From Pseudomonadota bacterium (GTDB lineage Bacteria > Bdellovibrionota_C > UBA2361 > OMII01), in the NCBI GenBank assembly GCA_038134595.1, contig JAYPVM010000001.1, forward strand, positions 291,359-355,358: a stretch of 64,000 nucleotides of DNA, read 5' to 3'. A model generated the notes under the pieces. The model saw only the letters and a list, made by a program, of their open reading frames with translations. It searched no databases and was not told where the DNA came from. The position numbers were made by a program, and so were the translations under genes. The stretch's first letter is position 1; each line of letters starts with the position of its first letter. Positions 18,930-28,563 of this stretch are shown piece after piece.

Positions 18930-19792
18930 TGTGGAAGTTTCTAGGTTCATCAGTGGTGCTATCGGTTGAGGGAGCAGATGCTCGCCGATATCTTCATAAT
19001 AGATTGTCTAATTCGATACGAGACCTGGCTGTTGGGGCTTCAGTTGATGCCGCAGCTCTCAATGCTAAGGGAAGGGTCGAGGCGCTCTTTGTAGTATCTT
19101 GCACGGGCGAGGAAAAGTTTTTGTTGTGCGCTGATGGTGGAGACGCTGAATTCGTACGAGATGCGCTCATGCGTTTCGCAGTTGCAGATAGGGTGGTTTG
19201 TACCGACATTTCTGAGCGAAGTGTTCGTGCTCACACCATTGATGTAATTCCAGGAAATTGTATCCCTGATGTATCTAGTAACAAGGAGCGAATCGCTGAC
19301 AGCGGGTTTGATGTGGTGTGGTTTGATAGAAGTTATGCGGATATTCGGATAATTCTAGAGGGGGCTATGGGGGCAGAAGCATCTGATCGCGAGTATTTTG
19401 TGGCGCGTTGGAATCGAGGGGTTGCCGTGTTTCCTGATGAGATAAATAGCGATATGATACTGACCGAATCGGGCATGATGAATGCTGTGTCATTCAGCAA
19501 GGGGTGCTACGTGGGGCAGGAAGTTATTGAACGAAGCGATGCCATAGGTAAATTGCCGCGCACGCTAGAAAGGATTCGCCTAGAGCCTTCTCCTCTCGTT
19601 GAGGTTGGAGCGATTGTGTGCAAGACCGATGGAACTTCCATAGGTAAGGCGGTAAGCTGTGCGCACGACACAGAAAGCGACGATATTCTTGTGTTTGCGA
19701 TGTTGGGCACTGGCAAGTATCAACTAGGTGAGTCCATTACCTGTGCAGATATCAGAGGTGTAGTGTTGGAGACGAAAGGAGCGACGATATGA
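18929..19792 (+). CDS. ygfZ: folate-binding Fe-S repair protein YgfZ (GcvT-like)
   Basis: G-x-DARRYLH, KGCYVGQEV signature. Confidence 0.88.
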   Translation: MWKFLGSSVVLSVEGADARRYLHNRLSNSIRDLAVGASVDAAALNAKGRVEALFVVSCTGEEKFLLCADGGDAEFVRDALMRFAVADRVVCTDISERSVRAHTIDVIPGNCIPDVSSNKERIADSGFDVVWFDRSYADIRIILEGAMGAEASDREYFVARWNRGVAVFPDEINSDMILTESGMMNAVSFSKGCYVGQEVIERSDAIGKLPRTLERIRLEPSPLVEVGAIVCKTDGTSIGKAVSCAHDTESDDILVFAMLGTGKYQLGESITCADIRGVVLETKGATI

Positions 19793-20463
19793 GCGAGGAG
19801 AATGTGCAAGCAGTTGTTAATTTTCTAGTGTCAAGTGGAGCTCTTCGCTTCGGAGATTTTACATTAAAGTCAGGAAGAAAGGCTCCTTATTTCATCAATA
19901 CAGGAGGCTTCGATGATGGAGATAAAATTACACGTCTCGCATCGTTTTATGCCAGTCATATCGTATCCCTTGGATTGAGTGATGTTGATGTTGTTTTCGG
20001 TCCCGCGTACAAAGGCATTCCCCTCTGTGTGGCTACTGCGATGCAATTGAAGGCGCAGCACGATATCTCGATGGGCTTTTGCTTTAATCGCAAGGAGGCA
20101 AAGACCCGTGGTGAGGGTGGTAACTATGTTGGTAAACCACTTGCAGAGGGAATGCGTGTTGTGCTCGTTGAAGATGTTGTCACCGCAGGAACAACGTTAC
20201 GTGAAGTGGTGCCAGTCCTGACGCAAGAGGTGGGTGTTACTGTTGCAGGGGTTGTATTGCTTGTTGATAGAGATGAGAAGGGCCCTTCGGGTGTCTCGGC
20301 CGTTGATGAGGCGCAACAGGAGCTTGGAATATCTATTTCCTCCATCGTAAATATACGCCAGATTATATCGTATCTCTCGGAGCAGAACGAATCTGGGTTT
20401 GTCATTGATAGTGAGCTCGGAGAGCGCATCTCAAGTTATCGAACAGAGTATGGAGCCTCATAG
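19789..20463 (+). CDS. pyrE: orotate phosphoribosyltransferase
   Basis: FGDFTLKSGRKAPYF, FGPAYKGIP, NRKEAK, VEDVVTAGT PRPP-binding motif. Confidence 0.97.
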   Translation: MSEENVQAVVNFLVSSGALRFGDFTLKSGRKAPYFINTGGFDDGDKITRLASFYASHIVSLGLSDVDVVFGPAYKGIPLCVATAMQLKAQHDISMGFCFNRKEAKTRGEGGNYVGKPLAEGMRVVLVEDVVTAGTTLREVVPVLTQEVGVTVAGVVLLVDRDEKGPSGVSAVDEAQQELGISISSIVNIRQIISYLSEQNESGFVIDSELGERISSYRTEYGAS

Positions 20464-20466
20464 ATA

Positions 20467-20937
20467 ATGAGATACATTCTACTAGCAGTTTTGTTGGCAG
20501 TCTTTGGGGTGCGACCTTGCAGCTGTCAGGAGATAAGCAGGGCCGAGCTCGATAAGAGCGCATACCGAGTATATCAGCAGGTTTTCAGTCCGTTTTGTCC
20601 AGGTAGGTCGCTCAACGATTGTCCGAGTTCTAAGGCCCATGACTTAAAAATGGAGCTCCGAGAGCAGCTGGCTCAAGGGGTTTCGGAACCTGATGTGCTT
20701 GAGGGAGTATTCGCAAAATACGGAGATAAGTATCGAGCAATTCCTCGATATGTCGGATTTGGTAAGCTTGTATGGTGGATTCCGCTCGCATTTATTTTGC
20801 TCGGGGGAGCGCTCGTCCTGCGAAGAGCGACGATTAAGAAGCAAAAGGCTCCATCGAGTGCGTCAGAGGAGGCTATGGTCTTACTGAATCAAGAGCTTCA
20901 GGAGCAGATTGAGCAAGAACTTTCCAAGCTTGACTGA
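20467..20937 (+). CDS. ccmH: cytochrome c maturation CcmH/NrfF-like protein
   Basis: Signal peptide, SPFCPGRSL-x-DC, A-x-DLK-x-ELRE-x-L-x-x-G, KYG, P...LVWWIP TM. Confidence 0.75.
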   Translation: MRYILLAVLLAVFGVRPCSCQEISRAELDKSAYRVYQQVFSPFCPGRSLNDCPSSKAHDLKMELREQLAQGVSEPDVLEGVFAKYGDKYRAIPRYVGFGKLVWWIPLAFILLGGALVLRRATIKKQKAPSSASEEAMVLLNQELQEQIEQELSKLD

Positions 20938-21200
20938 CGGTCTATCATTATTCTGTACCTACAATCTCTATCTGCCCTGTTTTTTTACTATTTTCAGGTA
21001 TGCTGATGCTCTTTTGATACCGCGAGTCCCTGTCTGTTTAAGATAGCAATAGTTAATTTGCGTAAGAATTTCGTTTGCGAGACAATTTCCCTCGGGCCTT
21101 TTCTCGGCTCTGTTTAGGTTCTTAACCGGTTTTCTTTACATCAATAGTAAGTACCTCCGCAGTGTAGGCGCTGGAAATTTTCTCCGGGTGCGATTTTGTC

Positions 21201-21917
21201 ATGCACAACGGTGATGGAGGAAGAGGATCAAGGATAGATTACATGGGCCTTCAAGCATATAGCGATGCATATCGAGACGTTGCTCCCAGCCGAGTAGAGC
21301 CATGCCGGGCGCGAGACTTCCAGTCTCAGCACTTACGGGGGGGGTATAGACTGCGATCAGTCAGCGAGCGAGATCGCCACAGTGATAGAAAGGCAATATT
21401 GAGACAAGTGGTCTCTATTGTTTTATTAGCAGTTTTTTCTGCCTGCATTATCCGTGGGCTTTTCTTCGAAACGTTTTATGTTCCATCCGCCTCGATGGAG
21501 CCACTGTTGCAAGTAGACGATCATATATTAGTCTCGAAGGCTTCATATGGAGTCAGGCTTACCAACGGTACGAGGCTTGCCACTCCCGAACGAGGAGATG
21601 TTGTTGTGTTTAAGAGAAGTGACGATCCTTCTACGCAAGAAGACGAAAGTAGTCGTGCGATGGTTAAGCGAGTGGTGGCTGTTTCTGGTGATGTTGTGGC
21701 AGTGAGAGGAGATGATGTACGCGTTTTATCTTCTTTGTCGGATAAGCTTGCTGGCAAATTACAAAATACTTCAAAGGCAGCTAGGGTATACACCATTCCT
21801 GACAATTCGGTCTTTGTTGTTGGCGATAATCGTGAGGTTTCATACGATTCTCGGTACTGGAGAGAGCCATTTGTATCTGTTGAGCAAGTTATTGGCAAAG
21901 TGATGCTGGTATATTAA
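21201..21917 (+). CDS. signal peptidase I, second paralog (start uncertain)
   Basis: VPSASMEPLL (Ser), RGDVVVF, VKRV (Lys), GDNREVSYDSR. Confidence 0.85.
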   Translation: MHNGDGGRGSRIDYMGLQAYSDAYRDVAPSRVEPCRARDFQSQHLRGGYRLRSVSERDRHSDRKAILRQVVSIVLLAVFSACIIRGLFFETFYVPSASMEPLLQVDDHILVSKASYGVRLTNGTRLATPERGDVVVFKRSDDPSTQEDESSRAMVKRVVAVSGDVVAVRGDDVRVLSSLSDKLAGKLQNTSKAARVYTIPDNSVFVVGDNREVSYDSRYWREPFVSVEQVIGKVMLVY

Positions 21918-21977
21918 TCTTCGAGCGCCGTCTATCTGCTCAGAATGTCCGCTGAAACGGTTTTTTAAAGAATCCAT

Positions 21978-24503
21978 ATGACTAAGAACCCTACATCAGT
22001 TGAGGTTTTATCGCCGGTTGGTGATTGGAATATGTTGCGAGCCGCAGTGCATAACGGCGCTGATGCGGTATATCTTGGGATGCCACACTTTAATGCAAGA
22101 GGAAGATCGCCTACCCTATCACTAGATGAATTGGAGGCGATGATTCGGTATGCGCATCTTTATGGCGTTCGAGTGCTTATCGCTTGTAATATTCTTATCT
22201 TTGAATCAGAGCTTGACGAGCTTTCACGACTTCTACGTGAGGTTATTTCTCTTGCGCCAGATGCGATAATCGTCCAAGACATCGGCATCGCGCGTCTCAT
22301 ACGGAGTATTTCGCCGCAACAACGTATACATGCATCCACCCAGATGACTGTAACTAATGCAGAAGCTATTGCTCTCACTGAGGAGCTTGGTTTCGAGCGA
22401 TACGTTCTCGGTCGTGAAGTGTCTTTAGATGAAATCCGCCGAATTAGGAGTGAGACAGAGAGGGACTTAGAGGTCTTTGTCCATGGAGCGCTGTGTGTGT
22501 CGTATTCAGGGCAATGTCTAACATCGGAGAGCTTTGGTGGACGGAGTGCCAATCGGGGACAGTGTGCCCAGTCGTGTCGATTTGAGTACGATCTACTAGT
22601 AGATGGTGTTGTGCAGAGTAGGGTGGGAAGCTCCTATCTGGTCTCTCCGCAGGATCTTTGTGGGCTCTCGGAGATACAGACTTTGAAAGAGATCGGTGTT
22701 AATTCATTTAAGATCGAAGGGAGATTAAAGTCGCCAGCATATGTCGCGGCAACCGCTCGAGCTTATAAGCATGTTGCAACCGAGTCTTGCGATGATGAAA
22801 CGCTGGGTAAATATCGCTCGGAGCTGGCTAAGGTTTATTCGAGAGGATTCTATTCAGGGTGGCTCCACGGAGTAAACCATCAAGAACTAGTTAATCCCAA
22901 AATTAACAGTCATCATGGGATTCAGTTAGGAGGTGTGATTGAAGTTCGACCCGATGGGATCCTTGTAGACAGCATTGAACCTCTGTGCGCGGGAGACGGG
23001 GTCGTTTTTCGCAACGCCTCGACGGGAGCAGAAGTCGGCGCGGTAATTTATTCAAGCTCCCGCGATGGAAAGAATTGGTTGTTGTCATTTGCCAATTCCT
23101 TTAAGCACGAAGAGTTGGTGTCAAAGGGTGCAGTGGTATTTCTTAATTCAAGCCCGCAGATTGTGCGGGGTCTTGAGCGAAGCTTTAACGATAGGTCTTT
23201 GTTAAAGAAGATCCCGGTTGCGATGCGGGTGCTTGGTATGCCGGGTAAGCGGCTCTGTATTTATTGTAGTGATGATAGTGGCAACACCGTCGAGGTGTCT
23301 TCGACAAGCGCATTAGAAGCCGCTAGTAATGCACCCCTCACTGCTGAGCGTGTGCAAGAGGTGTTGGGAGCGCTTGGTGGAAGTGTGTTTAAGCTCGATA
23401 GTTTTTCGTTTGAAGTTTCTGGCTTAACCTTTCTGCATCACCGAGAGCTAAAGCAGCTTCGCCGTGAAGTAGTAGATGCTTTGTGTGCGAAACGGATGAA
23501 GCGAGATGTTCCACAGATGACGGTTGAGACCGAGGCTTTGGTGGAGCAAATGAGAGCACCGAAGAGATTTAAGGATCCCAATACGCCACAGCTTTCCTTG
23601 TTGGTGCGGTCGATTGAGCAACTCGATGCTTTGGATGGATTGCCGTTAGATTGTATTTATCTTGATTTCGAATTTGGTAAAGAATACGGAGAAGCACAAG
23701 AGAGGGTCCGTAGTATGGGTTTTCGATGCGGTATTGCAACGACTCGGATCCTTAAGCCTAATGAGCTAGGGCATCTTAAAGTTATCGAGCGCCTCAAGCC
23801 GGATGTCGTACTGATACGAAACCTTGGAGCACTACAATACTTTCGAGAGAAAAAAATATCGATGGTAGGTGATTTTAGCCTCAACGTTACCAATTCCCTC
23901 TCTGCTGAGTGGTTTTCAGGCAAGGGGCTTGTACGAATGTGTCCGAGTTATGATTTGAGCGCACAGCAGTTGTACGACTTACTAGACGCTTTTCCGCAGG
24001 GAGATTTCGAAGTGACAGTGCACCATTATATGCCCGCATTCCATATGGAGCATTGCGTCTTTGCAGCATTTTTGAGTAGTGGGTCAAGTTATCGTGATTG
24101 TGGCAAGCCGTGTGAAAAGCACCGTGTTTCGCTCCGAGATCCCCAAGGCAATGAGCACCCGCTTAAAGCTGATGCTGAGTGCCGCAATACGATGTTTAGT
24201 GGCGTATCGCAGTCTGCGGTATCAATTCTCTCGGACCTGCGCCAGCGCGGGGTACGTGCCTTTCGCATTGAGGGTTTGTTTGAGACGAGCAAAGAACTCG
24301 CAGAAAAAGTAGTATTATATGCGAAGCTTCTCGATGGGGCTATTAGTGAGCAAGAGGCGCGACGATCTCTAGGAGGAATTGAGCGCTTTGGTATTACCGA
24401 TGGGCAGCTCTATGCTATCGGTAGTCACAAGTCTAGAAAGAAGGACTTTCTCCCAGTTGGTGAACTCGAGCGGGTTGTTGATCCAGCGATAAAGTTACTG
24501 TGA
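21978..24503 (+). CDS. U32-family protein with DUF3656-like domain (RlhA-like 23S rRNA hydroxylation protein)
   Basis: GADAVYLG, HASTQMT, EVFVHGALCVSYSGQC, NRGQCAQSCR, KIEGRLK; 841 aa with a second Cys cluster (HC...DCGKPC...EC). Confidence 0.9.
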   Translation: MTKNPTSVEVLSPVGDWNMLRAAVHNGADAVYLGMPHFNARGRSPTLSLDELEAMIRYAHLYGVRVLIACNILIFESELDELSRLLREVISLAPDAIIVQDIGIARLIRSISPQQRIHASTQMTVTNAEAIALTEELGFERYVLGREVSLDEIRRIRSETERDLEVFVHGALCVSYSGQCLTSESFGGRSANRGQCAQSCRFEYDLLVDGVVQSRVGSSYLVSPQDLCGLSEIQTLKEIGVNSFKIEGRLKSPAYVAATARAYKHVATESCDDETLGKYRSELAKVYSRGFYSGWLHGVNHQELVNPKINSHHGIQLGGVIEVRPDGILVDSIEPLCAGDGVVFRNASTGAEVGAVIYSSSRDGKNWLLSFANSFKHEELVSKGAVVFLNSSPQIVRGLERSFNDRSLLKKIPVAMRVLGMPGKRLCIYCSDDSGNTVEVSSTSALEAASNAPLTAERVQEVLGALGGSVFKLDSFSFEVSGLTFLHHRELKQLRREVVDALCAKRMKRDVPQMTVETEALVEQMRAPKRFKDPNTPQLSLLVRSIEQLDALDGLPLDCIYLDFEFGKEYGEAQERVRSMGFRCGIATTRILKPNELGHLKVIERLKPDVVLIRNLGALQYFREKKISMVGDFSLNVTNSLSAEWFSGKGLVRMCPSYDLSAQQLYDLLDAFPQGDFEVTVHHYMPAFHMEHCVFAAFLSSGSSYRDCGKPCEKHRVSLRDPQGNEHPLKADAECRNTMFSGVSQSAVSILSDLRQRGVRAFRIEGLFETSKELAEKVVLYAKLLDGAISEQEARRSLGGIERFGITDGQLYAIGSHKSRKKDFLPVGELERVVDPAIKLL

Positions 24504-24579
24504 CGTTTTCCCAGATAGCTCATCAGATAAAGAGCATAGGACAAGCAGGGATGTTTTTATCCCAATCGGACTCTGTTGC

Positions 24580-24608
24580 TTGTCAGAAGTCACCGGACTG
24601 CCTACTAT
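24580..24608 (+). promoter_or_regulatory. putative sigma70 promoter of the pdxH operon
   Basis: TTGTCA-N17-TACTAT; GGAGG RBS follows before the TTG start. Confidence 0.65.
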
Positions 24609-24631
24609 GAAAGTATCGGAGGAAGGATACC

Positions 24632-25276
24632 TTGACTGACGATTTTAACACACATAGAAGAGACTATACGCTGGGGGCTTTATCTGAGGATCAGATAGAT
24701 ACCTGTCCCTTTAGACAGTTTGCGGTGTGGTACGATGAGGCCGCAAAGGTAGTTGAGGGCGAACCAAACGCATGTGCTCTCGCAACAGTTTCCTCAGCCG
24801 GGGAGCCGAGTGTTCGATTTGTTCTGCTAAAAGGCATGACGGAAGGTGGATTTGTATTCTTTTCCCACTACGATAGCCGTAAGGGCTGTGAACTATCAAA
24901 GAACAACCGCGCGGCATTGACCTTTTATTGGCAAGAGCTTGAGAGGCAGGTTCGATTAGAGGGAGAGGTCTCGCCGATATCAAATGAAGAGTCGGATTTA
25001 TACTTTGCGTCGCGACCGAGAAGTGCACAGATCGGAGCAACGGTATCAAAGCAAAGCAGAGTTTTATCAGGTCGCAGTGAATTGGAGTCGGCGATCAATG
25101 AAGCTTCAGCGGCTTTCGCAGGTACTCCCATACTGAGACCCTCTACATGGGGCGGATATCGACTACTCCCAGCTCGGTATGAATTCTGGCAAGGACGCCC
25201 TGATAGGCTACACGATAGATTGCAGTATCGAAGAGATAAACAGGGAGGTTGGATAGTGGAGCGACTGTGGCCGTAG
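24632..25276 (+). CDS. pdxH: pyridoxine/pyridoxamine 5'-phosphate oxidase
   Basis: RRDY, LAT, R-x-VLLK, SRKG, RQVR, YFASRP, WGGY, EFWQGRPDRLHDR, ERLWP. Confidence 0.97.
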   Translation: MTDDFNTHRRDYTLGALSEDQIDTCPFRQFAVWYDEAAKVVEGEPNACALATVSSAGEPSVRFVLLKGMTEGGFVFFSHYDSRKGCELSKNNRAALTFYWQELERQVRLEGEVSPISNEESDLYFASRPRSAQIGATVSKQSRVLSGRSELESAINEASAAFAGTPILRPSTWGGYRLLPARYEFWQGRPDRLHDRLQYRRDKQGGWIVERLWP

Positions 25277-26148
25277 CAAGTGAAAATCCGCACTGTTTGC
25301 TCTTAGGGGGCGGATATACGCTCCAACGCCTTGCGGCGATGATGCCTCAGGGCTCCTTTGTTATCACCTCGCGTAATAGGGAGCGGTGTGCCGCATGGAT
25401 TAGGCAGGGATGGCTCGCTGAAACCCTATCTATAGATGATAGTGAACGGTTAGCTCAGATTCTGGCGCAATATCCGAGTATAAAGGTTATCGTTGATAGC
25501 GTGCCACCATTACGTGACGGAGAGCCAGCACGAGGTGTGTCGTCGGTTGTCTCGTGTTTACAGAGTTCTCAGATATCCCGTCTCATATATCTGAGTACAA
25601 CAGGCGTATACGGCGTGCTTGATGGATCAGTGGTAGACGAATCAACTCCGTGCAATCCACACTCTCCCGGTGGCCGAGCGCGCAGGAGTTCAGAGGAGCT
25701 GTACCGAAGTCTTTCGAGAACGTGCAATGTTACAGTGCTGAGGTTGCCAGCGATCTATAATTTCGACCGTGGACTGCGAAGTGCCATCTGTTCTGGGCGT
25801 TATCGCATTATCGGCGACGGTTCGCAGTGGACGAATCGAATTCATGTGGATGATTTAGTTGAAATTATCAGGTTGAGCATAACGTTTTCGGGGATACTTC
25901 CGGACGTGCTGTGTGTGTCAGATGATTTAAAGGCGACAGCGTCTGAGGTTGCCGCCTTTATTTGCGAGCGTGAGGGCCTACCGATGCCAGAATCGATCAC
26001 GCGCGAGGAGGCGATAGCGCAGGGGCTTCATACAATGCTCTCGAATCAACGGGTTGATAACTCGCTAATGAAGAGAATATTAGGCGTTGCATTACGCTAC
26101 CCGTCGTACCGAGAAGGCTTTTTTTCTGACCTGCAGACAAAGCCCTAG
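25249..26148 (+). CDS. NAD(P)-dependent epimerase/SDR (YeeZ-like)
   Basis: LLGGGY, YLSTTGVYG, VDE, LRLPAIY, NRIHVDDL, LRYPSYREG. Start uncertain. Confidence 0.85.
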   Translation: MDSGATVAVASENPHCLLLGGGYTLQRLAAMMPQGSFVITSRNRERCAAWIRQGWLAETLSIDDSERLAQILAQYPSIKVIVDSVPPLRDGEPARGVSSVVSCLQSSQISRLIYLSTTGVYGVLDGSVVDESTPCNPHSPGGRARRSSEELYRSLSRTCNVTVLRLPAIYNFDRGLRSAICSGRYRIIGDGSQWTNRIHVDDLVEIIRLSITFSGILPDVLCVSDDLKATASEVAAFICEREGLPMPESITREEAIAQGLHTMLSNQRVDNSLMKRILGVALRYPSYREGFFSDLQTKP

Positions 26149-26159
26149 AGGAGAGGAAA

Positions 26160-27593
26160 GTGTTATACAAGACATACGCGAGAAAGGAGACACATCCCGC
26201 CCGAATTGGAGCTTTAGGTCGATTGTATGGATTAGATGCGGCGCCTGCATCTTCGTGCAAGCTTCTTGAGTTTGCCTGTGGAAATGGCTTGAATATAATT
26301 CCGCTTGCTCTGCAATATCCAGATTCCTTTTTCGTGGGTATCGATAGCAACCAAGAGCTTATCGAGCAAGGAATGGTGCTCATTAAAGAGTTGGAGCTCA
26401 CTAACATTGTGCTTGAGTGTGTCTCGATTGAATCATATCACCCCACCATATCCGCATACGATTACGTAGTGTGCCATGGGCTTTACTCGTGGGTAGATTC
26501 TCAATCGCAGGAAGCAATTTTACAGAGGGGGGTCACTGCTCTTAAGGAGCATGGCGTGTTTTATGTAAGCTACAATACTCTTCCAGGATGGCGACAGCGG
26601 GGGGTTGTGCGAGATATTCTATCGTATGGAGCGTCTCTTAATGGGTATGTCAATGGCGAAACCCCATACGAAAGAGCGGTAGCGTTTGCCAATATAATTG
26701 AACAGTGTGAGGAGGGGGTCAGTCCTTATGTAAAGGAGGCGCTCGGAAAGCTTAGTGAAGCATCGCCCTCGTACGTAGTTCAGGAGTTTTTAGATCAATA
26801 TAACGAGCCGATTCTGTTTTCGACATTTATGCAGGCAGCGACTAATCACGGACTTCAATATCTTTCCGAGTGTCGGGTTGTAATGATGTCTACAGATGAT
26901 TTAGGTGATGGACTAAAAGAACTCTTAAGGCGGTGCGGCGAAGATAGGATCGCACAGGAGCAGATAATAGATATCGCAAGGAATCGCACCTTCCGAGAGA
27001 CTCTGCTGTGTCACGAATCAGCTTCTCTGACAGAGGGACTACCTATTTCAGCGTTCAAAGAGCTTTACTTTGCCTCAAAGTATGTACCGATGAGCTCACC
27101 CGAAATGGAAAAAGGAGATCTCAGAGAAGGGGGCCTGTTTAAGGAGCGATTTTTGGGTAAGGAGATTGCGCTACCAACGGGAGATTTTACGGCGCTTCTG
27201 CGCGTGGTTGAGGTGTTGGGTGTTTTTGGAGGTTCCTACCAAGAACTTGAGGAGACTGCTATTACTGCTCTTGGATGTTCAGCCGAGCAGGTGCTTCAGA
27301 GTGCCGTAACTCTTTGGAGATCAGGATTTATAGATTTATTGTGTGAGCCCTTGGTGACACAGCGAGGCCAAGAATCGCTGAGGAAGTTGATGAAGCGTCA
27401 GCTAGAAAATGGTGATAAGGTAACGAGTCCCTTGCATGAATCATATGCCATAGAGGGGCGAGAGAGGAGCGTACTGGGTGCGGTTGTTGAGTGTGCAACA
27501 GGTGAGGAGCGAGAGCGTCTGGTCAAGGATACTGCGATCACTCAGGGAGGGGCTGAAGTGTTATACAATCTACGGTGTATTGGTTTGCTTTGA
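26160..27593 (+). CDS. class I SAM methyltransferase with methyltransferase-regulatory domain
   Basis: THP, LEFACGNG-x-N, GID, YDYVVCHGLYSWV, SYNTLPGW, EQIID...RTFRETLLC. Confidence 0.85.
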   Translation: MLYKTYARKETHPARIGALGRLYGLDAAPASSCKLLEFACGNGLNIIPLALQYPDSFFVGIDSNQELIEQGMVLIKELELTNIVLECVSIESYHPTISAYDYVVCHGLYSWVDSQSQEAILQRGVTALKEHGVFYVSYNTLPGWRQRGVVRDILSYGASLNGYVNGETPYERAVAFANIIEQCEEGVSPYVKEALGKLSEASPSYVVQEFLDQYNEPILFSTFMQAATNHGLQYLSECRVVMMSTDDLGDGLKELLRRCGEDRIAQEQIIDIARNRTFRETLLCHESASLTEGLPISAFKELYFASKYVPMSSPEMEKGDLREGGLFKERFLGKEIALPTGDFTALLRVVEVLGVFGGSYQELEETAITALGCSAEQVLQSAVTLWRSGFIDLLCEPLVTQRGQESLRKLMKRQLENGDKVTSPLHESYAIEGRERSVLGAVVECATGEERERLVKDTAITQGGAEVLYNLRCIGLL

Positions 27594-27669
27594 AAAGATG
27601 TGTTGGATGACAGTTGTTTTCTTTTGACAGTCTGATATTTACATAGGTCTTACCAGTGGCTTTCTATTC

Positions 27670-27699
27670 TTGACTTTCGTTCATCTGCCGACGTACGCT
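27670..27699 (+). promoter_or_regulatory. putative sigma70 promoter giving a leaderless transcript at GTG 27706
   Basis: TTGACT-N18-TACGCT, followed 6 nt later by an in-frame GTG with no SD. Confidence 0.5.
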
Positions 27700-27705
27700 C
27701 TTTCA

Positions 27706-28398
27706 GTGTCAACCTTTCTCCTCCATCAAGAATCTAGTTATGTGGCGTTGCTTGCTGACTCGTTTGGAGCGAAGTCTCACGGCGCTGGAGTCGCTGCTGC
27801 ATCCCTTCCAGTTGTCGCGCCGAAGCTCGTTAATTTAGCGACTGGTGTTTATGCAGCACACGCGGGAACCTTTCAACCGGCGATCGATATGCTCTCTGAT
27901 CTGGGGGAGAGGCTTCCAGAGGCGATAACGTGGGAAGCCATGACTTCGGGTATGAAAGAAATTGGAGATCGCGTCTATACTCGATATAAAGAGATTTTCA
28001 AATCGAATTCCTTTGATGTTCGAATAGCCATCATTGTGACAGGCGATAGGCGACATCCTTCTGATATAGAGCGCAACATCGGCTCTTCCATCCTACTATG
28101 GGAGCTAGCACGAGCATTTGAACCACATCGTGTCACAGGACACATATACTTTGGAGGAAGCGTTGTCCTAACCGAGTTTGCGACTGATATTCTCGCACAA
28201 CCACTACTTGCTGGGATGCTACGGCAAGGCCCACTTGCTGCAGCACAGGCTCTTGTTGCAACTCACGCCGCGCTTTCGAAATTGAGTTCGACGATATCTG
28301 CTGAACCTAACGTGGTTATCATCGGCGATGGTGATGAGCATACTGTGCTCCACGGTGCTCTGTTGACTCTTGCGCAGGCAAGGCTTGTGAAGGGGTAG
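27706..28398 (+). CDS. putative Ntn-hydrolase, proteasome-beta/HslV-like fold
   Basis: From GTG 27706: (M)STFLLHQESSYVALLADS...PKLVNLATGVYAAHAGT; S1, D17, and K to G spacing of 14 match the proteasome/HslV N-terminal pattern. Confidence 0.55.
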   Translation: MSTFLLHQESSYVALLADSFGAKSHGAGVAAASLPVVAPKLVNLATGVYAAHAGTFQPAIDMLSDLGERLPEAITWEAMTSGMKEIGDRVYTRYKEIFKSNSFDVRIAIIVTGDRRHPSDIERNIGSSILLWELARAFEPHRVTGHIYFGGSVVLTEFATDILAQPLLAGMLRQGPLAAAQALVATHAALSKLSSTISAEPNVVIIGDGDEHTVLHGALLTLAQARLVKG

Positions 28399-28563
28399 GC
28401 TAGGGTCATGCGCGCGCCTGCTGTTAGATATCGCATTGGTTTTTTTGGCGGGATATGGAACACATGACGGTATTGGATGTAGCGTGTTGGACTCATGGAT
28501 AAAGCTGTGTGAGGCATACGTACGGTTTTGATTGTAATGGTTATTATTGGGGTTGATGGGTTT

